The notes below the pieces were generated by a model. That model saw only the letters and a list, made by a program, of their open reading frames with translations. It did no database searches and had not been told where the DNA came from. Below, piece by piece: positions 29,538-37,997 of a stretch of 64,000 nt of DNA. Every line of letters begins with the position of its first letter. Position 1 is the stretch's first letter. This stretch comes from an uncultured Aliarcobacter sp. (GTDB taxonomy: Bacteria; Campylobacterota; Campylobacteria; Campylobacterales; Arcobacteraceae), in contig CAXXLV010000002.1 of NCBI GenBank assembly GCA_963664305.2, forward strand, positions 160,001 through 224,000, given 5' to 3'. The translations under genes and the position numbers were made by a program.

Positions 29538-30347
29538 CTATTTTCCAAATACCTGTTTTAAAAGTGAAGATGTTTGCTCAACAGGATTTTGTCTAATTGC
29601 TGCTTCTTTTTGTGCAATCATTGTAAATAATCCTTCAATTGCCTTATTTGTTACAAATTCATCAAGACTTTCATCTGAGTTTCCAGGTAGATAAGAATCA
29701 ACTCCAAAATTTTTAGCTAATCCCATAACTTGACTATTTTGAGTTAATCCTTTTGTATTTGATTTATAAAGATTATTTGCAGTGTCATAATAACTTGCTA
29801 CTTGATTTTCTTTCATTGTTTCTTGAATTATTGGAGTAATTGCTTTTTTTAGTGAAGCACTTGTATTTGATTTAAAATATTCAGTTGCTGCATTGTTACC
29901 ACCAGTTAAGATTTTTTGAGCATCTGTAACTGTCATTTTATCAATAGCATCTATGAAGATTTCAGCTGTTTTAGGAGCTGCTTTTGAAGCTGCATTATTC
30001 ATTGAAAGAATTAAATCATCAGCCATTTTATCTCCACCAACTGACCTAATTAATGTTTCTGCTTTTGCTAAATTATCTGGAAGAGGAATTTTAACTGCAG
30101 AATTATTTAGGTAACCATTTGTTGCCCCTAATTGTGTAGTTGCATATTTTACACCTGTTTTTAATGCTTCTTTTAATCCACTAGAAACAGTAGAATCACT
30201 TAGATTTGAAGAAGTTTGTGTTGTTGATTTTGTTTGATTAGTTGTTGTAGCTGTATCTAAAACACCTTTTGCAATAGAACCTAAGTCCAAAGCAAATACG
30301 AATGTTGTGCTTAAAATAAGCGTTGAAGCAATGATTGATTTTTTCAT
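29538..30347 (-). CDS. DUF4197 family exported protein
   Basis: Signal peptide; GLKEAL, VKIPLP, MN.AA..A, ATEYF, GLF.MIA..E..IR.NP. Confidence 0.88.
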   Translation of the reverse strand: MKKSIIASTLILSTTFVFALDLGSIAKGVLDTATTTNQTKSTTQTSSNLSDSTVSSGLKEALKTGVKYATTQLGATNGYLNNSAVKIPLPDNLAKAETLIRSVGGDKMADDLILSMNNAASKAAPKTAEIFIDAIDKMTVTDAQKILTGGNNAATEYFKSNTSASLKKAITPIIQETMKENQVASYYDTANNLYKSNTKGLTQNSQVMGLAKNFGVDSYLPGNSDESLDEFVTNKAIEGLFTMIAQKEAAIRQNPVEQTSSLLKQVFGK

Positions 30348-30427
30348 GAGATATCCTAAAATTTTTGTATTTTATAGATTTCATTATATAATAGAGTTGA
30401 TGTAATAATTGTGAAAAAGGATTAAAC

Positions 30428-30868
30428 ATAGAACTTATAAATGAAATTTGCGATTTTATTTATTCTTTTAAAAATAAAATTGCTGAAGCAGATGAAATAG
30501 CAACAAAATATAATGAGAAAATCTCTTTATTTGCAAATAAATTAAAAGAAGAGAAATTAGATATAGAATTTGAAGAAAACTTTTTTACAATTCTTGGTTA
30601 TTCGTATCGATTAGAAGATATAAAACAAAGATTGTTTTTTACTTTTAGTGAAGCTGTTTATGCAATTGATTTAGATAAGTTGATGAGAAATCAAGACTCT
30701 TTAAAATTGAATTGTATAGTTTATATTTTAGTTTTAAATACCATAATAAAAGAGTATCTAACAAAAAATATTGATGAAGATTTAAAACAAAAAGCTCTTG
30801 AAGTTTATGGAAAAATAGAAGAGAGAAAAGCAGCTGAAAATAAAAAATATCATATGTATCAATATTAA
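30428..30868 (+). CDS. Hypothetical protein, 146 aa, probable ATA start
   Basis: The frame of the track ORF 30632 is open back to a TGA at 30398 with no ATG/GTG/TTG; AAGGA (30417-30421) lies 6 nt before ATA 30428. Confidence 0.65.
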   Translation: MELINEICDFIYSFKNKIAEADEIATKYNEKISLFANKLKEEKLDIEFEENFFTILGYSYRLEDIKQRLFFTFSEAVYAIDLDKLMRNQDSLKLNCIVYILVLNTIIKEYLTKNIDEDLKQKALEVYGKIEERKAAENKKYHMYQY

Positions 30869-30877
30869 AGGCAAATT

Positions 30878-31612
30878 ATGAAAATGAGATTAAATTGTGA
30901 TATGGGTGAAAGTTTTGGTATTTGGAAAATGGGAAATGATGAGGAGATTATGCCATTTATTGATATGGCAAATTTAGCTTGTGGTTTTCATGCAAGTGAT
31001 TCAGTTACTATGAACAGATCAGTACAATTGGCAAAAAAACATAATGTAACAATAGGCGCTCACCCTTCATATCAAGATTTGGTAGGTTTTGGAAGAAGAA
31101 GTATGCTTTGTTCACTTGAAGAAATAAAATCAATAATTTTATATCAATTAGGAGCTTTAAGTGCATTTTGTAGAGCGCAAGGAACAGTAGTTTCTTATGT
31201 AAAACCTCATGGTGCACTTTACAATGATATGATGAGAGATGAAAATATTTTCAAAGCAGTTTTAAATGCAATTGCATCTTTTGATAAAAATATAAAATTG
31301 ATGATTTTATCTGGTCCAAAAAATGAAGCTTATGAACATATTTCAAAATTATATTCTATAAATTTGATATATGAAGTATTTGCAGATAGAAACTATAATG
31401 ATGATGGAAGTTTAGTTTCTAGAATGAACGAAAATGCTGTAATCCATGATGAATTAGAAGTTGTAAATAGAATTAAAAATTTAAAAGATAGAGGTTATTT
31501 ATATAGTGTAAATGGACAAAAACTATTTTTAAAAACAGATTCAGTATGTGTTCATGGTGATAATGAAAAAGCTCTTGAATTTATAAAACTACTTAGAAAA
31601 GCCTTGTATTAA
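30878..31612 (+). CDS. pxpA: 5-oxoprolinase subunit A (LamB/YcsF)
   Basis: LNCDMGESFG, ANLACGFHA, YVKPHGALYN, EVFADR.Y, CVHGD. Confidence 0.95.
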   Translation: MKMRLNCDMGESFGIWKMGNDEEIMPFIDMANLACGFHASDSVTMNRSVQLAKKHNVTIGAHPSYQDLVGFGRRSMLCSLEEIKSIILYQLGALSAFCRAQGTVVSYVKPHGALYNDMMRDENIFKAVLNAIASFDKNIKLMILSGPKNEAYEHISKLYSINLIYEVFADRNYNDDGSLVSRMNENAVIHDELEVVNRIKNLKDRGYLYSVNGQKLFLKTDSVCVHGDNEKALEFIKLLRKALY

Positions 31613-32286
31613 TGGATTTTAAAGTTGTAAGTGTTGATTCATTTATTATCTATTTTGGAGATTTTATAGATGAAAAAATCGCACTTGATATAAAAAAAGC
31701 CTATTTTTGTATAAAAAACTTAAATTTAGAAGGAATTATAGAAATCATTCCTTCTTATACTTCTATTTTTATAACCTTTGATATTTTCAAATATGATTTT
31801 GAAACTTTAAAAACTTTAATCAAACAAAACATAAATTTAGAAATAGATGAAAATTTTGAAGAAAAGATTGTAGAGATAGATGTTTATTATGGAATAGAAG
31901 TTGGATTTGATTTAGAATATCTAAGTTCAAAAACAAATTTGAGTATAGAAGAGATTATAAAAATTCATTCAAATAAACTTTATGACGTTTATGCAATAGG
32001 ATTTTTGCCAGGTTTTGCATATTTAGCAAAAGTTGATGAAAAAATTGCATTTCCTAGACTTTCAACTCCTAGAAAATTAGTTCCAAAGGGAAGTGTTGCA
32101 ATAGCAGATTTTCAAACAGCAATTTATCCACAACAAAGTCCTGGTGGTTGGAATATCATAGGGAAAACAGCTTTTGAACTTTTTGATAAAAAGTTAGAAA
32201 CTTTATCTCCCTTGAGTGTAGGAGATAAAGTAAAATTTAATCCTATTTCAAAAGAAGAGTTTATAGCTCAAGGAGGAATCTTATGA
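31612..32286 (+). CDS. pxpB: 5-oxoprolinase subunit B
   Basis: GFLPGFAYL, PR..VPKGSVAIA, SPGGWNIIG. Confidence 0.93.
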   Translation: MDFKVVSVDSFIIYFGDFIDEKIALDIKKAYFCIKNLNLEGIIEIIPSYTSIFITFDIFKYDFETLKTLIKQNINLEIDENFEEKIVEIDVYYGIEVGFDLEYLSSKTNLSIEEIIKIHSNKLYDVYAIGFLPGFAYLAKVDEKIAFPRLSTPRKLVPKGSVAIADFQTAIYPQQSPGGWNIIGKTAFELFDKKLETLSPLSVGDKVKFNPISKEEFIAQGGIL

Positions 32287-33194
32287 GTTTAGAAGTCATA
32301 AATAATCCTCTTTTTGTAACTATTCAAGATAGGGGAAGATTTGGATATGCACATAGTGGAGTTACAAATTCTGGCGTGATGGATGAATATGCCTATTTTT
32401 GGGCAAATAAACTTTTGAAAAACTCTTTTGATACAAATATTTTAGAAATAGCTTTTTCAAATGTGATTTTTAAAGCAAATGAAAATACTCAAATTTCTAT
32501 CACGGGTGCTAGTTGTGAATTTTTTATAAATGATGAAAAAAAAGAACTTTGGCAAAGTCATAATATCAAAAAAAATGACATCATAAAAATAGGAAAAATC
32601 CTAAGTGGAAATAGGGTTTATTTAGCAGTTTTTTGTGGCTTTAATATTAAAAAAGAGTTTGGTAGTAATAGTGTAACTATAAAAGAAAATCTTGGTGGAC
32701 TTGATGGAAATAAGCTAAAAAAAGGTGATATTTTGCCTTTTAATAGTTGTACTTTTAACTATACTATGAAAATAAAAGAAGAGTTTATTCCAAAATATGA
32801 TGAAAATCTAACTTTAAGAGTTATATTTTCTTATCAGGAGAACTACTTCTTAGATGAAGAAAAAAAGAAGTTTTTAAATTCAACTTATTTAGTAACAAAT
32901 GATTTTAATAGAATGGCTGTAAAGTTAAGTGGTGAAGCAATAAAGTGTGAAATAAATGGAATTATTTCAGAAGGAATTGCATTTGGAAGTATTCAAATAC
33001 CAAGTGATGGGCAACCAATAGTTTTATTAAAAGATAGACAAACAATTGGTGGTTATCCAAAAATTGGAGTTGTTTTAGGAATAGATTGTTTTAAACTTTC
33101 TCAAGCAAAAACAAATACAAAAATTAGATTTCAAGAGATTTCTTATGAAGAGGCAGTTAAAAAAACAAAAGAGTTTTACTCTTTCGTTAATTAA
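32283..33194 (+). CDS. pxpC: 5-oxoprolinase subunit C
   Basis: TIQDRGR.G, SG.MD, GSIQIPSDGQP.VLL.DRQTIGGYPK. Confidence 0.93.
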   Translation: MSLEVINNPLFVTIQDRGRFGYAHSGVTNSGVMDEYAYFWANKLLKNSFDTNILEIAFSNVIFKANENTQISITGASCEFFINDEKKELWQSHNIKKNDIIKIGKILSGNRVYLAVFCGFNIKKEFGSNSVTIKENLGGLDGNKLKKGDILPFNSCTFNYTMKIKEEFIPKYDENLTLRVIFSYQENYFLDEEKKKFLNSTYLVTNDFNRMAVKLSGEAIKCEINGIISEGIAFGSIQIPSDGQPIVLLKDRQTIGGYPKIGVVLGIDCFKLSQAKTNTKIRFQEISYEEAVKKTKEFYSFVN

Positions 33195-33972
33195 GTAATT
33201 TATCAAATACTACTTTTGATTTATCTTTTACTTTAAAAGGTTCAGTTTTGAATTTATAACTTGCTTTTATATATAAGCCTGAATGACTTTTAAGAGTTGT
33301 ATTTAAAAGCATTTGTTCAAGATTTAACAAAAAGTTTTTTATTTGATTTTTGTCTTTTTCTAAAACAAAAATAAAAAATTTATTATGAAAATATCTTGCA
33401 ATATGGAAGTTATAATGCTCATCTTTTAATTTTTGAGAAATAAAATTTATTATAAAAATTAAAAGATTTTTTGCTAATAATTCTCCATACTCTTTTTGAA
33501 TATAATTAAAATCTTCAATATCCACTAAAGTACAAACACCTTCATCTTTAAAATCTGTATTTTCATCTAAAAATTTATTGTAAATCCATTTTTTATTGTA
33601 AGATTTTGTAAGATCATCTATGAATAATTCATCATTTAAAAGTTGAATTTCATTTTCAAGAGTAATCATTCTTTTATGAATATCTGTTAATGCACCACTA
33701 TCATTATTTAGTATTGCATTTGAAGCATTTTGTGTCTCTTGTTTTAATTCATTAACACTAGAGATTATAAGACTCATATATTTTTCAATATTTTTATAAT
33801 CATCAACTAATATTTGTTCAACTTCTTTTTGAAATTCTTCATCATCTAAATTTATTTCTACTTTTTTTGCATGATAATTAAATTTTTCAAAATACAAAGA
33901 TGGAAGAATAATTTCTTTGTTTAATAATTCATTTATAGTTAAATTTGTTATCTGCTCAAGTTCTTTTTTCAT
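33187..33972 (-). CDS. Coiled-coil plus degenerate GGDEF-like protein
   Basis: DDLTKSYNK, VDIEDF..I..EYG typical of the GGDEF fold, but the active site reads RYFHNKF. Confidence 0.75.
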   Translation of the reverse strand: MKKELEQITNLTINELLNKEIILPSLYFEKFNYHAKKVEINLDDEEFQKEVEQILVDDYKNIEKYMSLIISSVNELKQETQNASNAILNNDSGALTDIHKRMITLENEIQLLNDELFIDDLTKSYNKKWIYNKFLDENTDFKDEGVCTLVDIEDFNYIQKEYGELLAKNLLIFIINFISQKLKDEHYNFHIARYFHNKFFIFVLEKDKNQIKNFLLNLEQMLLNTTLKSHSGLYIKASYKFKTEPFKVKDKSKVVFDKLLN

Positions 33973-35191
33973 TTATAACTCCTAAAAGTTCTTCTATACT
34001 AATTGGTTTTCCTATATGATAACCTTGAGAAAAATCTATATCAATATTTTTTACATAACGCAAAGTTTTTAAATCACTAACAAACTCTGCAACAATTTTT
34101 ATGTTCTGTTGTTTTGAAAATAAAACAATACTTTTTATCAGATTTAAATAAATTGCTTCATCTATTTTTTTTATTAAAGAGCCATCAATTTTTATATAAT
34201 CAATATCTAAATTTAAAATATTTTCATAGTTTGAAAAACCTGTACCAAAATCGTCTATTGCAATTTTTGCACCATAAGTTCTAACTTCTTTTATAAAATC
34301 ATTTACAAGATTGAAGTTTGATACTTTTTCACTCTCTAAAACTTCAAACGTAATATATGAACCAACATTTTTTGTTTTGATTTTAGAGATAATTGTTTTT
34401 TTAATTTGTGGATTTAAAATATCTGTATAGTCTAAATTTATACTCACATGAATTTTGTATTTTTGGATGTAAATAATCAATTTATCAAAAAGTATTTCCA
34501 TTAGTTTTTGATAAAGTCTTGATTTTTTTGCCTTATGAATAAAAACATTTGGCATTAACATATTTCCATCTTTATCAAAAATTCTCATTAAGGCTTCATA
34601 TTTAACTATTTCATCAGTTTGATTATCCATGATAGGTTGAAAATATGGTTCAACTAAATTGTTATTTATATTATGATTTAAAATATCTAATAAATCTTTA
34701 TTTATAAACTCATTTTTATATAAAAATGAATCAAAATACATATAGTGTAAATAGTTTAATTTTGCTTCATGTAAAGCTTTTTCAGCATATGATTTAATTT
34801 GTTTATCAGAACTTTTTGAACAACCAATAGTTACATCAATATTTATTAATAGATTTTTGTCTAAAAGTTTAAAGTTTTTTGATACAACATTTTCATAAAT
34901 CAGATTTTTTATTGAGATAATCTCTTCTATTGATAAATCATCAAATAACATAATCTCAAAAACATCTGCATGAGTGTTTTTAATTTTTATATAAATATCT
35001 CTATTTAGAGTTTTTTTAATTAAATTTTTTGTTTTATTATTTAAAATCCAATGAAGTTGTTTTATAATGAAATCACCATTATCAAAATTGTAAATGGCAT
35101 TTAAATCTTTCATATAAAGTATATCAACTAAAAATAGAGTTTTAATTTTTGAACTTCTAAAAAAAGAATTTATAATATTTCTAATTATCAA
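33956..35191 (-). CDS. EAL-domain phosphodiesterase with degenerate GGDEF
   Basis: YFQPI, YEALMR, DDFGTG, KIDGS, AEFV, QGY; TTG start after GGGAG. Confidence 0.9.
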   Translation of the reverse strand: MIIRNIINSFFRSSKIKTLFLVDILYMKDLNAIYNFDNGDFIIKQLHWILNNKTKNLIKKTLNRDIYIKIKNTHADVFEIMLFDDLSIEEIISIKNLIYENVVSKNFKLLDKNLLINIDVTIGCSKSSDKQIKSYAEKALHEAKLNYLHYMYFDSFLYKNEFINKDLLDILNHNINNNLVEPYFQPIMDNQTDEIVKYEALMRIFDKDGNMLMPNVFIHKAKKSRLYQKLMEILFDKLIIYIQKYKIHVSINLDYTDILNPQIKKTIISKIKTKNVGSYITFEVLESEKVSNFNLVNDFIKEVRTYGAKIAIDDFGTGFSNYENILNLDIDYIKIDGSLIKKIDEAIYLNLIKSIVLFSKQQNIKIVAEFVSDLKTLRYVKNIDIDFSQGYHIGKPISIEELLGVINEKRT

Positions 35192-35360
35192 TTAGCTCCC
35201 CATTTTCGGTTAATCAAAGTCATTCATTATATATCAACTAACTTTAAGAAATATAAAAAAGATATTTAATTTCTATACAATTTTTGTAATAATATTGTAA
35301 CTTTAGATTTAATAACTTTACGATAGAATCCAATAAATTTTATTATTGGAAAATTAAAAA

Positions 35361-35993
35361 ATGAAAAAAATAAACATTAAAGATTTAGAACTGAATATTG
35401 ATATAACTCAAATTTTAAATTTATTAGCTTCAAAATCTAAAATTATTATTGATGTTGATGGAAATATATATACAAATGATGAAGAGACAAAAAAGAAAGC
35501 TGTAGTATTTAAAAATGAAAATTCTTTAGATATATCTACTATTTTAGATGTTAAAGTAATTGCTTCAAATTTTTTTGCTGATTATAAACCAACAATTTTA
35601 GGTACATCATGCAAAATAAAACCTGTTGTAAATTGGCAAAATATTATAGATATGAATAAAGAAAATATGCTTTATTTTGACCATCAAAGTGATGGAGTTG
35701 AAATTTTTGAAGATAAAACTTTAGAAAATTATGGTTGGTTTGCAAATAGTTTAGAGATAAATTATAGAGAGTTAAGTGAGCATATAGAAGAGGTTTGTGA
35801 GGGAGTTTTACTTTGTTATGACAACGAAGTTCAATTTAGTGGTTTTGTAATTGTTGATGACTTAGAAGAAGTTAGAACAAAAGTAAAAGAGTTTATTATA
35901 GAAAAAGCAAAAAAGAATATCGAAGATGAAATCCTAGATATCGAAGATGATGATGTGATAGAGGCTTTAGAATTTTTTGGAATTAGGATTTAA
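35361..35993 (+). CDS. Hypothetical acidic protein
   Basis: 210-aa ORF, first gene of an apparent operon with the DedA gene and dbpA. Confidence 0.7.
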   Translation: MKKINIKDLELNIDITQILNLLASKSKIIIDVDGNIYTNDEETKKKAVVFKNENSLDISTILDVKVIASNFFADYKPTILGTSCKIKPVVNWQNIIDMNKENMLYFDHQSDGVEIFEDKTLENYGWFANSLEINYRELSEHIEEVCEGVLLCYDNEVQFSGFVIVDDLEEVRTKVKEFIIEKAKKNIEDEILDIEDDDVIEALEFFGIRI

Positions 35994-35997
35994 TTAA

Positions 35998-36534
35998 ATG
36001 GAACAGTTTATTCAAGATTGGGGTTATATAGCTCTATTTTTATACTCTTTTGGTGGAGGTTATGTAGGACTTATTTTTGCAGGAGTTTTATCTTATAGTG
36101 GAGATTTAAACATTTATGTATCTATTTTAGTTGCTGGATTTTCAAACTTTTTAGGTGACCAATTTTTATTTTTTTTAGCTAGAAAAAATAAAAACTATGC
36201 AAAAGATATGATGAAAAAATATGGAAGAAAAATTGCACTTGCTCATATAATGATGAGAAAATATGGCTCTTTTGTTGTTTTTGTTCAAAAATATATTTAT
36301 GGAATTAAAACTTTAATTCCCCTAGCAATGGGATTAACAAAATATTCTGCAACTAAATTTTCAATTTTAAATGTATTTGCAACAGCTTTATGGGCTTGTA
36401 TAGTTGGATATTTAAGTTTTACAGCTGGAGAATATATACTTAGTTTAGGTGATGATTTTAAATACGTTGGTTTAGGAATTATTTTAGTTATAGTTTTATT
36501 CACATCTTATATTTTTAAAAAAATCGAGAAATAA
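35998..36534 (+). CDS. DedA family membrane protein
   Basis: WGY.ALF, FLGDQ..F..AR, KYIYGIKT..P. Confidence 0.88.
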   Translation: MEQFIQDWGYIALFLYSFGGGYVGLIFAGVLSYSGDLNIYVSILVAGFSNFLGDQFLFFLARKNKNYAKDMMKKYGRKIALAHIMMRKYGSFVVFVQKYIYGIKTLIPLAMGLTKYSATKFSILNVFATALWACIVGYLSFTAGEYILSLGDDFKYVGLGIILVIVLFTSYIFKKIEK

Positions 36535-36538
36535 TATT

Positions 36539-37906
36539 ATGGAAAAATTTTCAAATCTTAATTTATCAAAAGAGTTTTTAAAAAATTTAGATTCTTTATC
36601 ATACTCAAAAATGACTCCAATTCAAGAAAAAAGTTTGCCTTTAAGTTTAGAAAACAAAGATTTAATTGCTCAAGCAAAAACTGGTTCTGGAAAAACTGTA
36701 GCTTTTTCTATTCCAATTGTTAATAAACTAAATGTAAAAGATTTTAAAATTCAATCTTTGATTTTAGCACCAACAAGAGAGTTAGCAAATCAAATTGCAG
36801 AAAACTTACGAAAACTTTCTCGTCATATTCATAATGTAAAAGTTTTAACATTATGTGGAGGAGTTCCTTTTAAACCACAAGTTGTATCTTTGTCTCATGG
36901 AGCTCATATAATTGTAGGAACACCAGGACGTGTTTTAAAACATATAAAAGAAGAAAATATTGTTTTAGAAAATATCAACACTTTAGTTTTAGATGAAGCT
37001 GACAAAATGCTTGATATGGGATTTTATGATGATATTATGGAAATAATTGAAACTCTGCCAAAAGAGAGACAAACTCTTCTTTTTTCAGCAACTTATGAAA
37101 AAAATATCGAAAATTTAGCATCAAATATTTTGAAAAATCCATCTCTTGTTAAAATAGAAGATGAAGAAAAAACAGTAATAAATCAAATTTTTTATGAAGT
37201 TGGTGAAGAAGATAAAGCTTCGATTATTCCAGCACTAATTTCTTCAAATAAAGCAAAATCAATTTTGATTTTTTGTAATATGAAAATAACTTGTGATAAA
37301 TTATCAGATGATTTATATGATATGGGATTAGATGTTTTAACTTTACATTCTGATTTAGAACAAAAACAAAGAGATGAAACGATAGTTTTATTCTCTAATA
37401 AATCTTATCCTATTTTAATAGCAACCGATGTTGCTTCAAGAGGACTTCATATAGACGATGTTGATTTAGTAATAAATTATGATTTATCTTTAGATGAAAA
37501 AATACATACTCATAGAATTGGAAGAACTGCAAGGGCTGGAAAAGGTGGTTTAGCTATATCTTTATATACAACAAATGAGTTAGATAAAGTTGAATTAATA
37601 AAAGACTCTTTTAGTGATATAAAAGAAGAAAATATTGGAAATATTGAAGATAATTTAACTTATAAAATAGATTCAGATTTAAGAACAATTTTTATAAATG
37701 GTGGAAAAAAACAAAAACTTAGAGCTGGTGATATTTTAGGTGCTTTAACTGCTGGAATAGGTTTAGAAAAAAATGAAATAGGAAAAATAGATATTTTAGA
37801 TTTTTGTTCTTATGTAGCAATAAATAAAGAAAAAATTGATTTTGTTTTGGAAAAATTGTCAAAATCAAAAATAAAAGGAAAATATTATCGTATTTATGAA
37901 AAATAG
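36539..37906 (+). CDS. dbpA: ATP-dependent RNA helicase DbpA
   Basis: Q motif, AKTGSGKT, PTRELA, DEAD, SAT, HRIGRTAR, C-terminal GGKKQKLRAGDILGAL RNA-binding domain. Confidence 0.95.
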   Translation: MEKFSNLNLSKEFLKNLDSLSYSKMTPIQEKSLPLSLENKDLIAQAKTGSGKTVAFSIPIVNKLNVKDFKIQSLILAPTRELANQIAENLRKLSRHIHNVKVLTLCGGVPFKPQVVSLSHGAHIIVGTPGRVLKHIKEENIVLENINTLVLDEADKMLDMGFYDDIMEIIETLPKERQTLLFSATYEKNIENLASNILKNPSLVKIEDEEKTVINQIFYEVGEEDKASIIPALISSNKAKSILIFCNMKITCDKLSDDLYDMGLDVLTLHSDLEQKQRDETIVLFSNKSYPILIATDVASRGLHIDDVDLVINYDLSLDEKIHTHRIGRTARAGKGGLAISLYTTNELDKVELIKDSFSDIKEENIGNIEDNLTYKIDSDLRTIFINGGKKQKLRAGDILGALTAGIGLEKNEIGKIDILDFCSYVAINKEKIDFVLEKLSKSKIKGKYYRIYEK

Positions 37907-37997
37907 ATAAAATTCGTCTTAAATAGTTAAACTTTTTTAAGTTAGAATGGATAAAATATTAAGGCATATATAGATATTAAAAAGCGAAGGAAAAATA

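Noticed and set aside
35285..35301. 11-bp-period direct repeat TGTAAT-aatat-TGTAAC upstream of the 35361 operon
   Set aside because: Could be an OmpR-family site, but spacing to the -10 is not canonical and such matches are common in AT-rich DNA
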